Of a DNA stretch of 60,985 nucleotides, positions 1 to 8,543 are shown piece by piece. Origin of the DNA: a virus. Lineage: Duplodnaviria; Caudoviricetes. The stretch covers positions 1-60,985 of IMG/VR virus record IMGVR_UViG_3300049043_000348, one strand, 5' to 3'. Position numbers and translations under genes: made by a program. Position 1 is the first letter of the stretch; every line of letters begins with the position of its first letter. The notes beneath the pieces were generated by a model, which was not told the origin of the DNA, did not search any database, and saw nothing but the letters and a program-made list of their open reading frames with translations.

Positions 1-237
1 ATGAAAAAAGAACAACTTCTAAACCTTGCAAAAATGAAAAGCGAACACTTAACGGCAAATTCAATGATCCGATTAACCGCCGAAAATAACTCTTTATGGC
101 TGTATAATTTTGGCGGGTTTATTTTTGTAGGTTACCAGATAGAAGAACCCGCAAATCTTTTATTTGATAAAAAAGAAATTTTTGAAATATCAGATAAAAG
201 AGGGAAGACCACCGCAATCGTTCAAAGATTATATTAA
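1..237 (+). CDS. Hypothetical early protein
   Basis: 78-aa ORF co-oriented with the early array; no recognisable motif. Confidence 0.6.
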   Translation: MKKEQLLNLAKMKSEHLTANSMIRLTAENNSLWLYNFGGFIFVGYQIEEPANLLFDKKEIFEISDKRGKTTAIVQRLY

Positions 238-245
238 ACAATAAC

Positions 246-264
246 GCGGGGGCAACACCCCCGC
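246..264 (+). repeat. Intergenic GC-rich hairpin, early-array copy 1
   Basis: GCGGGGG-CAACA-CCCCCGC perfect 7-bp stem, then ACATTTT and a C/A-rich leader. Confidence 0.8.
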
Positions 265-297
265 ACATTTTCCCCCAACACATAAAAACCCCAAACA

Positions 298-531
298 ATG
301 AACACACAACACACCACAGAAATTGATACCCAGACAATGAAGGAAACATTTTTGGAGTATATTAACGGCGATTTGACCATATCAGAAATGGCGAATAAAT
401 ACGGAATAAATACCGACTATTTAGAGGCACTAATCAAATACGGGGGAAGTCAATTTGAAGCCGAACAGATGACAAAAGTAAATACCCTTATCTGGGAAAA
501 AATTTCTCTTTTACAATTAGCAAAACATTAA
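298..531 (+). CDS. Hypothetical protein, possible HTH
   Basis: LTISEMANKYGINTDYLEALI resembles an HTH; A-rich leader. Confidence 0.55.
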   Translation: MNTQHTTEIDTQTMKETFLEYINGDLTISEMANKYGINTDYLEALIKYGGSQFEAEQMTKVNTLIWEKISLLQLAKH

Positions 532-544
532 CACCTATTTTATG

Positions 545-565
545 GCGCGGGGGAAGTCCTCGCGC
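545..565 (+). repeat. Intergenic hairpin copy 2, contains GGGAAGTC
   Basis: GCGCGGGG-GAAGT-CCTCGCGC then TATTTTT. Confidence 0.8.
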
Positions 566-597
566 TATTTTTACCACACACAAAAACCCCCTATTTT

Positions 598-1124
598 ATG
601 ACACACACACAAACCCCCGCAGATTTTCGCACACAATTACAGGAAGAAAGAAAAGCAAAAAGAGAGCAGAAGAAAAAGAAAGACAAGAGGCGAAAGAGTT
701 GGCAAAGGTTGAGGCAATGAAAAACCAAAAGCCTGTTAGCAAAATTGTGATATCTATTGAATGGAAAAAATCAAGAATGTGGGGAAGTAACCCACACGCA
801 GACGCGACAATTTACCACAAAGACGGATCAGTATCTTACGGCTTTGCCAAATGTTCGGGGTGCGGATATGACAAGGAAAGCACCGTCATTGCTGATATTT
901 TCAACAATTTTTTGAGATATAAACTATTCGGGCAACTGATACCCGTTGAAAGATTTGCGGACAATGGCACACCTTACGGGATATATTTGGACACTAAATA
1001 CCCGCACTATTCTGGCGGGATTGGTGCAGATTGTTACCGCGATATATCAAAAGCCATTGGCGGGAAATTTGAACACACCGCGCGGGGCAAGTCCTTTGAT
1101 GTGTTTACCTATACGGAAGAATAA
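598..1124 (+). CDS. Hypothetical protein (probable start 598, indel near 665)
   Basis: ATG 598 after the leader; joins ORF 699-1124 (GCGYDKES motif) after a frameshift. Confidence 0.6.
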
Positions 1125-1131
1125 TGATGAG

Positions 1132-1158
1132 GCGGGGGAAGTCATAAGACACCCCCGC
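1132..1158 (+). repeat. Intergenic hairpin copy 3
   Basis: GCGGGGG-AA-GTC-ATAA-GAC-A-CCCCCGC. Confidence 0.8.
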
Positions 1159-1193
1159 ACCTTTCACAAAGTTTTAACACCCTCTTTTATCTT

Positions 1194-1211
1194 TATTAGT
1201 TGTCAATTAAC
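1194..1211. promoter_or_regulatory. 18-nt near-palindromic repeat (operator-like), copy 1
   Basis: TATTAGTTGTCAATTAAC identical at 3440-3457; 14-nt core also at 7259. Confidence 0.5.
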
Positions 1212-1241
1212 TACATTTACCAAACACTAAAACCCCTACCA

Positions 1242-1418
1242 ATGAAAAAGAAACTTGAAAAAAAGGCAATTCAATTATTCAATGACCTTGTAAAATTAGG
1301 TATTTATACAAATTATAGAAGTGTATTAAATACAATGTATGAAACAGCCACAGAGAAAAAAAACTACATAGAGGCGCACTATATTAACGAATTAATCGCG
1401 GAAGATATAAACGCATAA
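1242..1418 (+). CDS. Hypothetical protein
   Basis: ATG 1242 follows leader AAACACTAAAACCCCTACCA, which is repeated at 1422. Confidence 0.6.
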   Translation: MKKKLEKKAIQLFNDLVKLGIYTNYRSVLNTMYETATEKKNYIEAHYINELIAEDINA

Positions 1419-1441
1419 AATAAACACTAAAACCCCTACCA

Positions 1442-1909
1442 ATGGACACCAAAAAACAAAAAACACCGAAAACGATTAAGCAGTACACCATTAAAAAGCT
1501 AACAGAGGCGGAAGGCATACCCCAAATAAAAATAACAAGTAGCGAAACCGCCTACAATGTTATCCGCCAATTTTGGCACGAAGATATTGAAATTTATGAG
1601 AGCTTTTTTATCTTGTTATTAAACCGCGCCAATGTAACAATAGGTTGGGCAAAAATCAGTCAAGGCGGAATAACGGGAACAGTTGCCGATCCTAAACTCA
1701 TTTTGAAATATGCAGTTGATAGCCTTGCGTCTGGCATAATTCTGGCGCACAATCACCCTTCAGGTACTTTACAGGTATCCCCCGCTGATAAGAGCATAAC
1801 CGAAAAAATAAAACAGGCAGTGAGCTATATTGACACCAATGTTATTGACCACCTTATATTGACACCAGATAATAAATTTTTATCCTTTGCTGATGAAGGA
1901 TTACTATAA
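1442..1909 (+). CDS. radC: RadC-like JAB/MPN domain protein (UPF0758)
   Basis: ESFFILLLNRAN...GGITGTVADP...AHNHPSG...SPAD...DHLI. Confidence 0.92.
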   Translation: MDTKKQKTPKTIKQYTIKKLTEAEGIPQIKITSSETAYNVIRQFWHEDIEIYESFFILLLNRANVTIGWAKISQGGITGTVADPKLILKYAVDSLASGIILAHNHPSGTLQVSPADKSITEKIKQAVSYIDTNVIDHLILTPDNKFLSFADEGLL

Positions 1910-1924
1910 AAACCCCATAACCCA

Positions 1925-2053
1925 ATGAAAAAGACACTACTTTTTGCCCTCTTTATTTGCTTATTGCTTACCTCTTGCGCTACTTATAGACAAGCGGGGA
2001 AGGGGGATGTTACTTTGCAAAGAGGAATTTTAATACAAGTAAATCAGTTGTGA
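1925..2053 (+). CDS. Small lipoprotein
   Basis: MKKTLLFALFICLLLTS-C lipoprotein signal; 42 aa as read; absent from the ORF track. Confidence 0.6.
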   Translation: MKKTLLFALFICLLLTSCATYRQAGKGDVTLQRGILIQVNQL

Positions 2054-2066
2054 GAATTAGATAATT

Positions 2067-2097
2067 ATGCGGGGGAAGTCCTGACACTCCCCCGTAT
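2067..2097 (+). repeat. Intergenic hairpin copy 4
   Basis: ATGCGGGGGA-AGTCCTGACAC-TCCCCCGTAT then TTT. Confidence 0.8.
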
Positions 2098-2151
2098 TTT
2101 CCCCAAACATTAAAACAAAAAAAGTTATGGAAACCCCATAAACAAAACAAA

Positions 2152-2424
2152 ATGAAAAAGACACTAACACCACAAGAAACAAGAGAGGAAGTGAAATCAC
2201 TAAAAGAAATGATTGAGGCCTGTTATACCTATGGCGCAGCCGATAAGACCTCTTACAACTATCAAAGATATCTTTTGCCCTATGCTGAAAAGATTGGTAA
2301 AAGATTATTTAATAGGGTATACAAAGAGCATTTACAGGATCTAATGAAGAATTACACTATAAAATTTGATGTTTATACCGATTGTGAGGGACTTTCTTAC
2401 AATTCATTGGTTAAAAATCATTAA
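2152..2424 (+). CDS. Hypothetical protein
   Basis: 90-aa ORF ending VYTDCEGLSYNSL. Confidence 0.65.
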   Translation: MKKTLTPQETREEVKSLKEMIEACYTYGAADKTSYNYQRYLLPYAEKIGKRLFNRVYKEHLQDLMKNYTIKFDVYTDCEGLSYNSLVKNH

Positions 2425-2446
2425 CAAAAGATTTGCTAAATTATTT

Positions 2447-2470
2447 TGGTGCGGGGAAGTCCTCACACTA
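2447..2470 (+). repeat. Intergenic hairpin copy 5
   Basis: TGGTGCGGGG-AAGT-CCTCACACTA then TTTTT. Confidence 0.7.
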
Positions 2471-2497
2471 TTTTTACACCACACAAAACAAAACACA

Positions 2498-2686
2498 ATG
2501 ACACAGTATTACATTAAATGTTGGGAAACTGAAACAGAAAGAAAACAAGGTAACCCCTTTAAATATGGTCCATACACAGATAAAAATGAATGTTTAAAAG
2601 ACGCAGAACGTATGCACTATTCTGGGTATGCTTTTATTGAAGTTACTGATAAGGAAAATAACCTGTATTGCGAATACGAAAATTAA
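2498..2686 (+). CDS. Hypothetical protein
   Basis: ATG 2498 after a C/A-rich leader. Confidence 0.6.
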   Translation: MTQYYIKCWETETERKQGNPFKYGPYTDKNECLKDAERMHYSGYAFIEVTDKENNLYCEYEN

Positions 2687-2702
2687 TAAGATCAAAGATA
2701 AC

Positions 2703-2743
2703 GAAGGCGCGGGGGAAGTTCTGGGGTTTATACCCCGCCCTTC
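2703..2743 (+). repeat. Intergenic hairpin copy 6
   Basis: GAAGG-C-GCGGGG...CCCCGC-CCTTC enclosing GGGAAGTT. Confidence 0.7.
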
Positions 2744-2771
2744 ATTTACCAAACCCCTAAAATTTAAACCA

Positions 2772-2954
2772 ATGGAAACAAGAATTAAATCTTTGGAATG
2801 GTGGAAGTCATTACCAAAAGAAAAGCAAATAGAAACAATAGACAAATGGAAATTAGTTACTGAGGATAGAAGAAAAAATTGGGAATTTGAATTGATCACT
2901 ACCTCATCAAGCACTATTGAATTTATTTGTAAAGAATTAAACATTTTCCCCTAA
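2772..2954 (+). CDS. Hypothetical protein
   Basis: METRIKSLEWWKSL; in-frame ATG after leader. Confidence 0.6.
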   Translation: METRIKSLEWWKSLPKEKQIETIDKWKLVTEDRRKNWEFELITTSSSTIEFICKELNIFP

Positions 2955-2970
2955 CATTAAAACAAAACAA

Positions 2971-3147
2971 ATGGAAACACAAACAATTTATTGTACTATT
3001 TGCGAACACGCGTGGATTGAAACCACCGAACAAAGAAAGGATATATTCTATTGTTGTAGTATGTGTAGAGACTTTGAGGAAGATAATGGGGTAGCAATAC
3101 ACGATAATACCTTTGAAGATGATAAAGTAATTGATAGCGGAAATTAA
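2971..3147 (+). CDS. Small zinc-ribbon protein
   Basis: 58 aa, CTIC...CSMC; read manually. Confidence 0.55.
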   Translation: METQTIYCTICEHAWIETTEQRKDIFYCCSMCRDFEEDNGVAIHDNTFEDDKVIDSGN

Positions 3148-3169
3148 ATAACCTTTAAAACCTTTATTT

Positions 3170-3427
3170 ATGGCAACTTTTAGTTTTTACATTGATCAAA
3201 AATGTAGTGTTTGGCAACGGGGAATGTTTGATATTCAAGCAGAAACCTACGAACAGGCAAAAGAATTGGCTAAAAACCAAAAATTTGATATTGATGAAAT
3301 AAGTTGGGAAACCTTATGGGAAACCCTTACGGACATTGAATTTGATGATAATAACGGGCAACCAACAATGGAAATTTATAGTAATGATAATGCGGGGGAA
3401 CTTGTGATAACCAATGAACGTTTATGA
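3170..3427 (+). CDS. Hypothetical acidic protein
   Basis: 85-aa ORF with IQAETYEQAKELA. Confidence 0.65.
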   Translation: MATFSFYIDQKCSVWQRGMFDIQAETYEQAKELAKNQKFDIDEISWETLWETLTDIEFDDNNGQPTMEIYSNDNAGELVITNERL

Positions 3428-3439
3428 TATTTTTAACAC

Positions 3440-3457
3440 TATTAGTTGTCAATTAAC
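3440..3457. promoter_or_regulatory. 18-nt near-palindromic repeat, copy 2
   Basis: Identical to 1194-1211; intergenic. Confidence 0.5.
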
Positions 3458-3968
3458 AATAATTCCCTTAACTTGCTGATGAAAAACATTAACCCTGTGT
3501 TTTATCCTTTATGGTTTTATACGGGTAATTTTTAAAAATATAAACTATGATAACAGAAAGACAAATGATACACCTTGCCCTGCTTATGGATATTATTGCG
3601 GGGGAAGATACCACTAACACTTTACTTGCTGATTGGCTCGTTGATAACAAAATTCAAATTATCTAACCCACAAATTCCCCCTACATTATGAAAACAACCT
3701 ACCCCCCAAACACCGCAACAAACTCGCAAGGATTGGGAACAACACGCGAAGAAAACAACAGATCAATGGTTCAACCACATAAGCACACAGAACATTGACT
3801 ATGACGCGTTAGAAAGGCAGTTATTCGCCCTTCGTAAAAGATTGGCTAATTGTAGGCAAGAGCATTATTACCCGCTTAAACAAAAGGTAATGAACATACA
3901 AAGGCTACTCGCCACAAGACAAAACTGAAGGTTGGAATAACTATTTAGCAAAATAAAATTTAAAACCT

Positions 3969-4184
3969 ATGCAAACCTATTACAGAGTATTTGACCACCA
4001 GAGGGGTATTTATTTCGCCACAGGATATAATGCCCGAAGTATGGAAGAATTGATTAGCGATTTTCGTTCCTATATGCAAGTGGAAGAAGATGAAAACAAC
4101 CGCACTTGGTCGCAAATTGCAGATAGCCTACAAGATATTACACTTGAAAAAAGTAATACACCTTTTGATGAATTTGATATTTAA
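3969..4184 (+). CDS. Hypothetical protein
   Basis: 71-aa ORF. Confidence 0.6.
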   Translation: MQTYYRVFDHQRGIYFATGYNARSMEELISDFRSYMQVEEDENNRTWSQIADSLQDITLEKSNTPFDEFDI

Positions 4185-4205
4185 AACAAATAAAACTTTA
4201 AACCT

Positions 4206-4784
4206 ATGCAAACCACTAATTTATTCGCCAAGACCACAACAAAGACAAGCGCACCTAAGAAAGCCGACAAAAAGGTATTAACCGCCCACCAATTTAGGGG
4301 ATAAGGTAAAAAGGTATGCCGACCTCAAAAACCAGATTGATGCCCTTACAGGGGAATTAAAGATGATTGAGGGGGATATTAAACTAACAGGTAAGGAACT
4401 CTTTTTAGATCAATATAAGAAAGAAAAGAGGACACCCGATAACTTTAAGATACAAGATGAAACGGGGAGTAGTTGCCTATTTATTGTAATGGATAAATAC
4501 ACTTCTGTTGATGATGATAAGGCAGAACTACTGCGCAATTTTGACGGATTGTTGGGGGAAAATGTAGTGTACAAATTCAACACCGAACTCGTTGAAAAGT
4601 ATGGCGCAATTTTATCCGACCTTATCACTTCTTCCCCGACATTGAAGAAACAGACAAAGGCAACTTAATCAGCGGGGAAAAGACCTACTCCATAGCCAAA
4701 GGAAGTATTGACCGCTTATTGCAGTTTTCAAACCCCGAACAGGTATTGGAACTTATTAACCCTATTTGCTCACTTAAAAAATAA
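4206..4784 (+). CDS. Hypothetical protein (two apparent indels)
   Basis: MQTTNLFAK...YADLKNQIDALTGELKMIEG...ELINPICSLKK reconstructed across frames. Confidence 0.55.
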
Positions 4785-4789
4785 TTATT

Positions 4790-5026
4790 ATGTCTTGGGA
4801 AGTCCTCGCAGACCTGCCCTGTGATATGGCAGTATCGTACAACAAAGAACGCATAACACAAATTGAGGAAGGACACGGAAGGCACGACCTATCCGGTATG
4901 TACTACACCCTCAACTATGTTAAGGTATATTTTGGCGATGAGCCGATTGACATTACCAAAATGCTAACCAAACAAATGGAAGATTTTATCTTTCAACAAA
5001 TAAAAGATATGGAAAATGAACTATAA
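4790..5026 (+). CDS. Hypothetical protein
   Basis: 78-aa ORF overlapping the next start. Confidence 0.55.
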   Translation: MSWEVLADLPCDMAVSYNKERITQIEEGHGRHDLSGMYYTLNYVKVYFGDEPIDITKMLTKQMEDFIFQQIKDMENEL

Positions 5027-5669
5027 TGAATTTAAGTATCTGTACCCGCCTCGCCCTCAGTATAAGATACCACCCGTAGATCTTGACCAGTACGAAGGGG
5101 AATTTGTAGCGCAACCAAAGTACAATGGGACTGCCTGTATAGTATTTACTAACGGGGACGAACTGAAAGTATTTAACAGGCACAAGCTACCCCTTGCAAA
5201 GTATTCGCCCTTTATTCAGTTTAGAGGACTTGCAAAGAGTAATAAATGGGTAGTGTACTGCGGGGAATATCTTAACAAAGGACAAAAGGGAGAGGCGGGA
5301 GAAGTAGAACGAGATAAGTTTATTATCTGGGATTTGCTTGTGTATGACGGGGAATATCTGATAGGGCAAACTCTTATTGATAGGGTTAAGATTGTAGACC
5401 AGAACTTCCCGTGCATACCCTCAAAAGTATCGGATAAAGGACTTGAAATATATGACTACCTCTGTTGCACAGACCTTGAAGGTATCTATAAAGCACCCCT
5501 GTATGGCGCGGGTTTTGAGTACCTCTATAAAGACCTTGTTAAAACACCCCTGTACGAAGGGATAGTCCTTAAAAAGCAGAACGCAAAACTATCGTATGGC
5601 TTTCAAGAGAAGAACAACTCTGAATGGCAACTAAAATGTAGAAAACAGAACGCCTTGTATAACTTTTAA
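5016..5669 (+). CDS. ATP-dependent ligase-type nucleotidyltransferase (adenylation domain only)
   Basis: Motif I QPKYNG, GEYL, FIIWDLL, EGIVLK, WQLKCRK; no OB domain follows. Confidence 0.8.
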   Translation: MNYNEFKYLYPPRPQYKIPPVDLDQYEGEFVAQPKYNGTACIVFTNGDELKVFNRHKLPLAKYSPFIQFRGLAKSNKWVVYCGEYLNKGQKGEAGEVERDKFIIWDLLVYDGEYLIGQTLIDRVKIVDQNFPCIPSKVSDKGLEIYDYLCCTDLEGIYKAPLYGAGFEYLYKDLVKTPLYEGIVLKKQNAKLSYGFQEKNNSEWQLKCRKQNALYNF

Positions 5670-5961
5670 ATTAAAAACTATGTTAATTGAACTAACAAAA
5701 GACAGAGCAGAATACTTCTGCCAAAGAACTAAATGTATGGAGTGTTGAAGCTAAAATCGTGGAGTCCACTGAAAATTGGGCAACGATTGAGATTGATGAT
5801 GACCCACGATCCGGAAGATATAATTGTCTATGCCTTTAATATGGGGGTACAATTTGGTAAACTATGAGGTATGTACTATTTGCCCTTACCAATATGATAA
5901 TACTTTTATATTGGGTATATCTTATATCGGAAATCTATTTAATTATTAAAAACTAAACATT

Positions 5962-6445
5962 ATGAATTACACAATCTATTTAGACGACAACAGCAAGCAA
6001 GTATCTAACCAATGAACTGGATAGGGAGAATATCTCCTATGCCATAACAAAAGAAAAGTTAATCGAAGGGGAGATAAATTGTATATCCTTTGAGGATAAA
6101 CCCTTTGTACTTAACTCTGTATTTATTGCGGGAGTAGCCTATGCAAAAGGGATAGCGGAAAGGCAAGAGGCTGACCTAATTATTTCAAAGGCACTATCAG
6201 AACTTCCCAGACGCAAAGTAATTATCAAAGAAACTAACTCTATTGAAGGGGACGGATCATTTGTTGTATCTACTGCTGACGGGTATTTTATGAGATGTTT
6301 TTCTTTTAGGTTGGGGGAAAATGTGGAGGCAATATGGAGTAAAGAAAGAAACTACGAACTCGCTACCGAATATGCCAAGAGATTAGAAACCTTTTACAGA
6401 GAAGAAAAAACTATCTACGAAACCCCTGAAAATGACATTGTTTAA
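5962..6445 (+). CDS. Hypothetical protein (indel near 5' end)
   Basis: Long open frame LTNELDRENISY...ETPENDIV; ATG 5962 out of frame. Confidence 0.45.
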
Positions 6446-6624
6446 ATTTATATTAGTATTACTACTTAATTGTACGATTTTATCTATTGTTAATTCAATG
6501 ATTAAAAGATGACACTCAAGGAAAAACTATATCATTACCTATTTTGCGTACCCCTTGCCTATTCATTGTGGACGGCAGTATGTATCGCGTTTTATATTCT
6601 ATGATATCTATAAATTTTTTAAAA

Positions 6625-6819
6625 ATGAAAAAGAAATGTAAGACTTGCGGGGAACTAAAACCCCTCAATGAATTTAAAAGGAACGTAACAATGGGACATT
6701 ACCATAATCATTGTCTGCCCTGTTTCCAAAAAAGGCAGAGTGAGAAGTATCAAGAAAAGAGAAGGGAAAAGAAGAAGATGAATGATATGTTTGGCTTTTT
6801 TTTATTTGGAGAGAAATGA
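6625..6819 (+). CDS. Small Zn-finger protein
   Basis: KKCKTCGELKPLNEF...CLPC. Confidence 0.6.
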   Translation: MKKKCKTCGELKPLNEFKRNVTMGHYHNHCLPCFQKRQSEKYQEKRREKKKMNDMFGFFLFGEK

Positions 6820-6891
6820 CATTTATTTTAACGTGGCTTGGGGTGGCTATGCTTACCTCTATTATTAACTGGGTATTTAAACTATTAACCA

Positions 6892-7083
6892 ATGACAACA
6901 ATTAAAAAGGTCTTGATTAAATATATCAAGATGAAACCCGATGATTTTGCTGAATGGATTGGGCATAACGCAGAAGAACTCCTACAAATGGAGAAAGAGG
7001 AGATTGTTAATGCCTTTAATAGAGGACAAAAAGAAGAATGTCGGGGGAAATCGTGGCAAAGGGTGAACTATATTACAAGATAA
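6892..7083 (+). CDS. Hypothetical protein
   Basis: 63-aa ORF with MEKEEIVNAF. Confidence 0.5.
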   Translation: MTTIKKVLIKYIKMKPDDFAEWIGHNAEELLQMEKEEIVNAFNRGQKEECRGKSWQRVNYITR

Positions 7084-7205
7084 TAACTAAAAGCAAATGA
7101 AAAAGAAAAAGGATAGCGGAATATTTATTCCTAAAAAAGAATGGGACAAATGGAAAAAATTACACAAAGAAATAGAAAAGGTAAAATTTAAGATATTATG
7201 GAAAT

Positions 7206-7532
7206 CTAAAACGGAACCCCGCCAATAAAGTCCGGCTTCCATTTATCGTCCATACCCAAGTTGTCAATTAACAAATGACAACCCTCTATATTTATTTGGA
7301 AGTATTTTTCTTTGTCGTGTCCAAAGTATTCGCAAGAGTCCTCTATTCGGCAGATGAGTGGTCTTGACTCGTATATCTTGCACTTGTTATCTTCTCCTAA
7401 GTTTTCACAAACTCCTTCTTTATGGGTGTAGGGGAAGTAATAGGGGTGTGTCGGATTGTCCCTGACAATAATATTATCAGCGTGGTGTATTACCCTACAA
7501 CAAGCACCGCAACCAGTACAAGGGAATGTCAT
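7206..7532 (-). CDS. YkgJ-family CxxCxxCC Zn/Fe-chelating protein
   Basis: FPCTGCGACC...CENL...CKIYESRPLICR. Confidence 0.85.
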   Translation of the reverse strand: MTFPCTGCGACCRVIHHADNIIVRDNPTHPYYFPYTHKEGVCENLGEDNKCKIYESRPLICRIEDSCEYFGHDKEKYFQINIEGCHLLIDNLGMDDKWKPDFIGGVPF

Positions 7533-7984
7533 TTTTTTAATTCGTTTATTGGTCTTAACTCGCTATGCGGAACAAAGTAGCAGACGGGTAAGGTCTTTGT
7601 ATGTTTCCACTTCTCTTGCTTTGCGTCCTCTGCCCTTATCCAACCTTTTATTTCATAAGTGGGACAACTTCCCGTAACAGAAATAATAATACCCTTATCG
7701 TCTGGTCTGACCTTCAGGTCTTCCCTCGGCGACCACCTAATCTCAAAGTTAGTATTTACAATATCCTCAACGTGGAAGGTATTTACCCCAAACCCCCAGT
7801 ATACCCCAAGATATTTACATACCGCAAGTTCGGCGTGTGCGCTCTCAATATGCCTACCCCACAATTCTCCTACGTTTTTTTCCGGAAACCTTGCCTGTCT
7901 GCCCTTAAATAAAGCCTCTGCGTTACGTCTTGATCCAATGTAAGTGGCTACGAGAACCTCGTTAGCGTTTAATTCTACTATCAT
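7529..7984 (-). CDS. Hypothetical protein
   Basis: Probable ATG 7984 after leader; AELAVCKYLG...GW...YFVP. Confidence 0.65.
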   Translation of the reverse strand: MIVELNANEVLVATYIGSRRNAEALFKGRQARFPEKNVGELWGRHIESAHAELAVCKYLGVYWGFGVNTFHVEDIVNTNFEIRWSPREDLKVRPDDKGIIISVTGSCPTYEIKGWIRAEDAKQEKWKHTKTLPVCYFVPHSELRPINELKK

Positions 7985-8033
7985 TTTGTTTGTGTGTTTA
8001 TGCCTCAACCAAAGGAGTCGCTTGGCGTCATAA

Positions 8034-8041
8034 CAAAATTA
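8034..8041 (-). promoter_or_regulatory. Bacteroidota -7 promoter element
   Basis: TAATTTTG on - strand, intergenic. Confidence 0.55.
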
Positions 8042-8079
8042 CAAAAGGCACATACACAGGAAAAAAATTTTTTTGTACA

Positions 8080-8337
8080 TCACTTCGCGCTATCGGTCAA
8101 GTGGTATCCTATCTTCCAGAGTATCTCTGATGTTTCTTTTGAGTACCGAAGGACTGCCTCTTCGGATAGGTCTGGTTGTTGGATATGGGCTATTTCGTGA
8201 AGGATTGTTTCGAGTAACTCAACACCTGTAAGCCTACTATCAATAATTATTTTTCTCTTATCGACATAGGCTAACCCATCAGCTTTGTACTGACCAAGTT
8301 TACTAAACTCAACTGTTATCGGTTTCTTTTTCTTCAT
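8080..8337 (-). CDS. Small HExxH metallopeptidase-like protein
   Basis: IIIDSRL...ETILHEIAH. Confidence 0.7.
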   Translation of the reverse strand: MKKKKPITVEFSKLGQYKADGLAYVDKRKIIIDSRLTGVELLETILHEIAHIQQPDLSEEAVLRYSKETSEILWKIGYHLTDSAK

Positions 8338-8543
8338 CGTAACAATTAGTTTCGTATATCTCTTTTATTCCGGTGTGTATTATTTTTAATGACATCTGAC
8401 GGATTTCCCTGATTAGTTGCTTCTCATCTTCCCCCAACATAACAAAATCAAAATCTTCTAATGCAGACAAGGCACTAAAACAAGCTGTTATGTCTTCGTG
8501 GGGGAAAGGTTGATAGGGATATTATCGTCAAGAAGGTCTTCCA

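Noticed and set aside
551-559. Resemblance of GGGAAGTCC to eukaryotic NF-kB sites
   Set aside because: Most copies lack the full kB consensus and the genome is a bacteriophage; treated as coincidence
246-2743. Early hairpin repeats as a CRISPR array
   Set aside because: Repeats are degenerate, irregularly spaced and separated by whole genes; no cas genes
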